Under the pieces are notes generated by a model that did not search any database, had not been told where the DNA came from, and worked only from the letters and a program-made list of their open reading frames with translations. Of a DNA stretch of 6,300 nucleotides, positions 5,174 to 6,300 are shown piece after piece (positions within the stretch are counted from its first letter, which is position 1; each line of letters starts with the position of its first letter). The position numbers and the translations under genes were made by a program. Source of the DNA: a virus (taxonomy: Duplodnaviria; Heunggongvirae; Uroviricota; Caudoviricetes); the IMG/VR virus record IMGVR_UViG_648276671_000006, positions 1 through 6,300 of that record; one strand, written 5' to 3'.

Positions 5174-5599
5174 ATGCAGGCTATGAACGATACCGTTAAC
5201 AATGTTTTTGCAAAAAGAATCCAGCAAGTGATGGATGAAAATGGCTGGAATAAGTCAGACCTGGCTAAGCGGGTCATGTTATCTCACACCGCGGTTCAGA
5301 ATTGGGCAAAAGGCATCAGCGTAGCCAGCGGTGTAAGATTAAAAAGGCTCGCAGCTGTAACAGGAAAGCCTGAGTACTGGTTTTTTATGGATCGGGATGC
5401 AGGAGGCGATGAAAATCACCAAGATATACCAATACCCATTGTGCTTGATGACAAAGAGAAAGCCCTGCTCTCAATTTTCAATCAAATGCCAGAAGCAGAA
5501 AAGTTACGCCTAATTATCCATGCTAAGGAAGTCCTGAGAGAGCTGGAACTGCTTAAGAGCGATGTTTTCGATATTATCAACGATCAATTAAAACCATAG
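5174..5599 (+). CDS. DicA-like HTH (XRE-family) prophage repressor, 141 aa
   Basis: N-terminal HTH SDLAKRVMLSHTAVQNWAKG; the C-terminal segment LDDKEKALLSIFNQMPEAEKLRLIIHAKEV resembles the DicA C-terminal region. No peptidase S24 (LexA-like) domain. Divergent from the Cro-like gene. The start may instead be the ATG at 5183, because the -10 TAAAAT overlaps the first ATG. Confidence 0.85.
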   Translation: MQAMNDTVNNVFAKRIQQVMDENGWNKSDLAKRVMLSHTAVQNWAKGISVASGVRLKRLAAVTGKPEYWFFMDRDAGGDENHQDIPIPIVLDDKEKALLSIFNQMPEAEKLRLIIHAKEVLRELELLKSDVFDIINDQLKP

Positions 5600-5624
5600 C
5601 TAACAAACCATCCACACATCAGAC

Positions 5625-5652
5625 AAAAAGCACCTTTCTGGTGCTTTTTTTT
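5625..5652 (+). terminator. rho-independent terminator after the repressor gene
   Basis: AAAAAGCACC-TTTCT-GGTGCTTTTT: perfect 10-bp stem, 5-nt loop, then a T-run to 5652. The A-run before the stem makes it potentially bidirectional. Confidence 0.7.
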
Positions 5653-5661
5653 GCCCAGAAA

Positions 5662-5712
5662 CGAAATTTTCTATTTCGCACACTTTACACGCGAAAGTTA
5701 TTGTTGCACAAT
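5662..5712 (+). promoter_or_regulatory. second operator-bearing promoter (PL-like) for the rightward ydfA-like operon
   Basis: GAAATTTTCTATTTC (5663..5677) is a second GAAA-N7-TTTC palindrome. GAAAGTTATTGTTGCAC (5693..5709) matches 12 of 17 positions of the 5131..5147 site. Candidate promoter TTTACA (5684..5689), 17 nt, CACAAT (5707..5712). Confidence 0.35.
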
Positions 5713-5790
5713 CCACACCATCAACAACGAAACGCATCGTTGTCAGGCTAAAGTTCCGCTACCCCGGCGTTAAGGGGAAATGAGGTCAAC

Positions 5791-5943
5791 ATGGATACTA
5801 TCGATCTTGGCAACAACGAATCTCTGGTGTACGGCGTGTTTCCCAACCAGGACGGCACGTTCACCGCGATGACGTATACCAAAAGCAAAACATTTAAAAC
5901 CGAAGCTGGCGCGCGTCGCTGGTTAGCCAGAAACACTGACTGA
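5791..5943 (+). CDS. YdfA-like small protein (50 aa, MDTIDLGNNESLVYGVFPNQDGTFTAMTYTKSKTFKTEAGARRWLARNTD)
   Basis: Below the ORF-track length cutoff. ATG at 5791 with GAGG 5 nt upstream; stop TGA at 5941..5943. Its position immediately downstream of a DicA-like repressor matches the dicA-ydfA arrangement of the Qin prophage. Sequence identity to YdfA is from uncertain memory. Confidence 0.6.
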   Translation: MDTIDLGNNESLVYGVFPNQDGTFTAMTYTKSKTFKTEAGARRWLARNTD

Positions 5944-5954
5944 TGAGGTTGACG

Positions 5955-6300
5955 ATGGAATTTAAAGATTTACCAAAAGAAATCCAGTCCATTGCTGCAA
6001 CGACACTTAGTGATAGCCTGGTGGAAATTAACCCGGCATACATCAAAAAGGAAACCATCGATAATTTGGTTCGTAATGTGCGCGATGCGTTTACCGGATT
6101 GTACTCCGTTTCGGTAACAAACAACCAGAATACTGAAGAAGCTGCAAAGCGGAATGCCTCGGTGACGGGTTTTCATGTCGAGGAAAAGTATTCAAAAAAG
6201 AATTCTGGAAAACTGCAAAAAAATTGCAGAGCGAGAACTGTCATCTCCTGCGGCAAATCGGTTCTTTCTATGAGGAAAGTTATTCAGATGACACAGGATT
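5955..6300 (+). CDS. hypothetical protein, truncated at the right window edge (MEFKDLPKEIQSIAATTLSDSLVEINPAYIKKETIDNLVRNVRDAFTGLYSVSVTNNQNTEEAAKRNASVTGFHVEEKYSKK...)
   Basis: ATG at 5955 with GAGG 6 nt upstream, 11 nt after the ydfA-like stop. The frame stays open to position 6300. The first 80 residues look protein-like; the last 35 are lysine/serine-rich and contain a perfect hairpin, so the real gene may end earlier in other strains. Confidence 0.4.
   Translation, partial: MEFKDLPKEIQSIAATTLSDSLVEINPAYIKKETIDNLVRNVRDAFTGLYSVSVTNNQNTEEAAKRNASVTGFHVEEKYSKKNSGKLQKNCRARTVISCGKSVLSMRKVIQMTQD

Noticed and set aside
5748-6176. Minus-strand ORFs 5748..5936, 5894..6124 and 5970..6176
   Set aside because: Antisense to the SD-led ydfA-like gene and the following plus-strand ORF; no SD; hydrophobic low-complexity translations.
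1-6300. Insertion sequence or transposase, integrase, tRNA or rRNA
   Set aside because: No terminal inverted repeats flanking a transposase-like ORF, no cloverleaf-compatible segments, and no rRNA-like conserved blocks were seen.

Overview
This window reads as the immunity and early region of a lambdoid (Qin / CP-933P-like) enterobacterial prophage. All calls come from reading the sequence and from remembered family resemblance; no database search was run. A DicA-like HTH repressor (5174..5599, +) is transcribed divergently from a minus-strand early operon: Cro/YdaS-like regulator, YdaT-like protein, O-like replication initiator (HTH N-terminus plus DnaT-like C-terminus) with iteron-like repeats inside its own coding region, lambda-P-like helicase loader, three uncharacterised genes, and a hok-type type I toxin locus with its own promoter, terminator and 5'/3' complementary elements. 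Further small minus-strand genes continue to the left edge. Right of the repressor, a terminator and a second operator-bearing promoter precede a 50-aa YdfA-like ORF and a longer ORF that runs off the window. Several real genes are shorter than the ORF-track cutoff or use GTG/internal ATG starts, and most plus-strand track ORFs between 79 and 4619 are antisense shadows. No rRNA, tRNA, CRISPR array or IS element was seen. The best candidates for something undescribed are the winged-helix gene trio between the P-like gene and hok, and the 212-nt two-frame overlap between the O-like and P-like genes.
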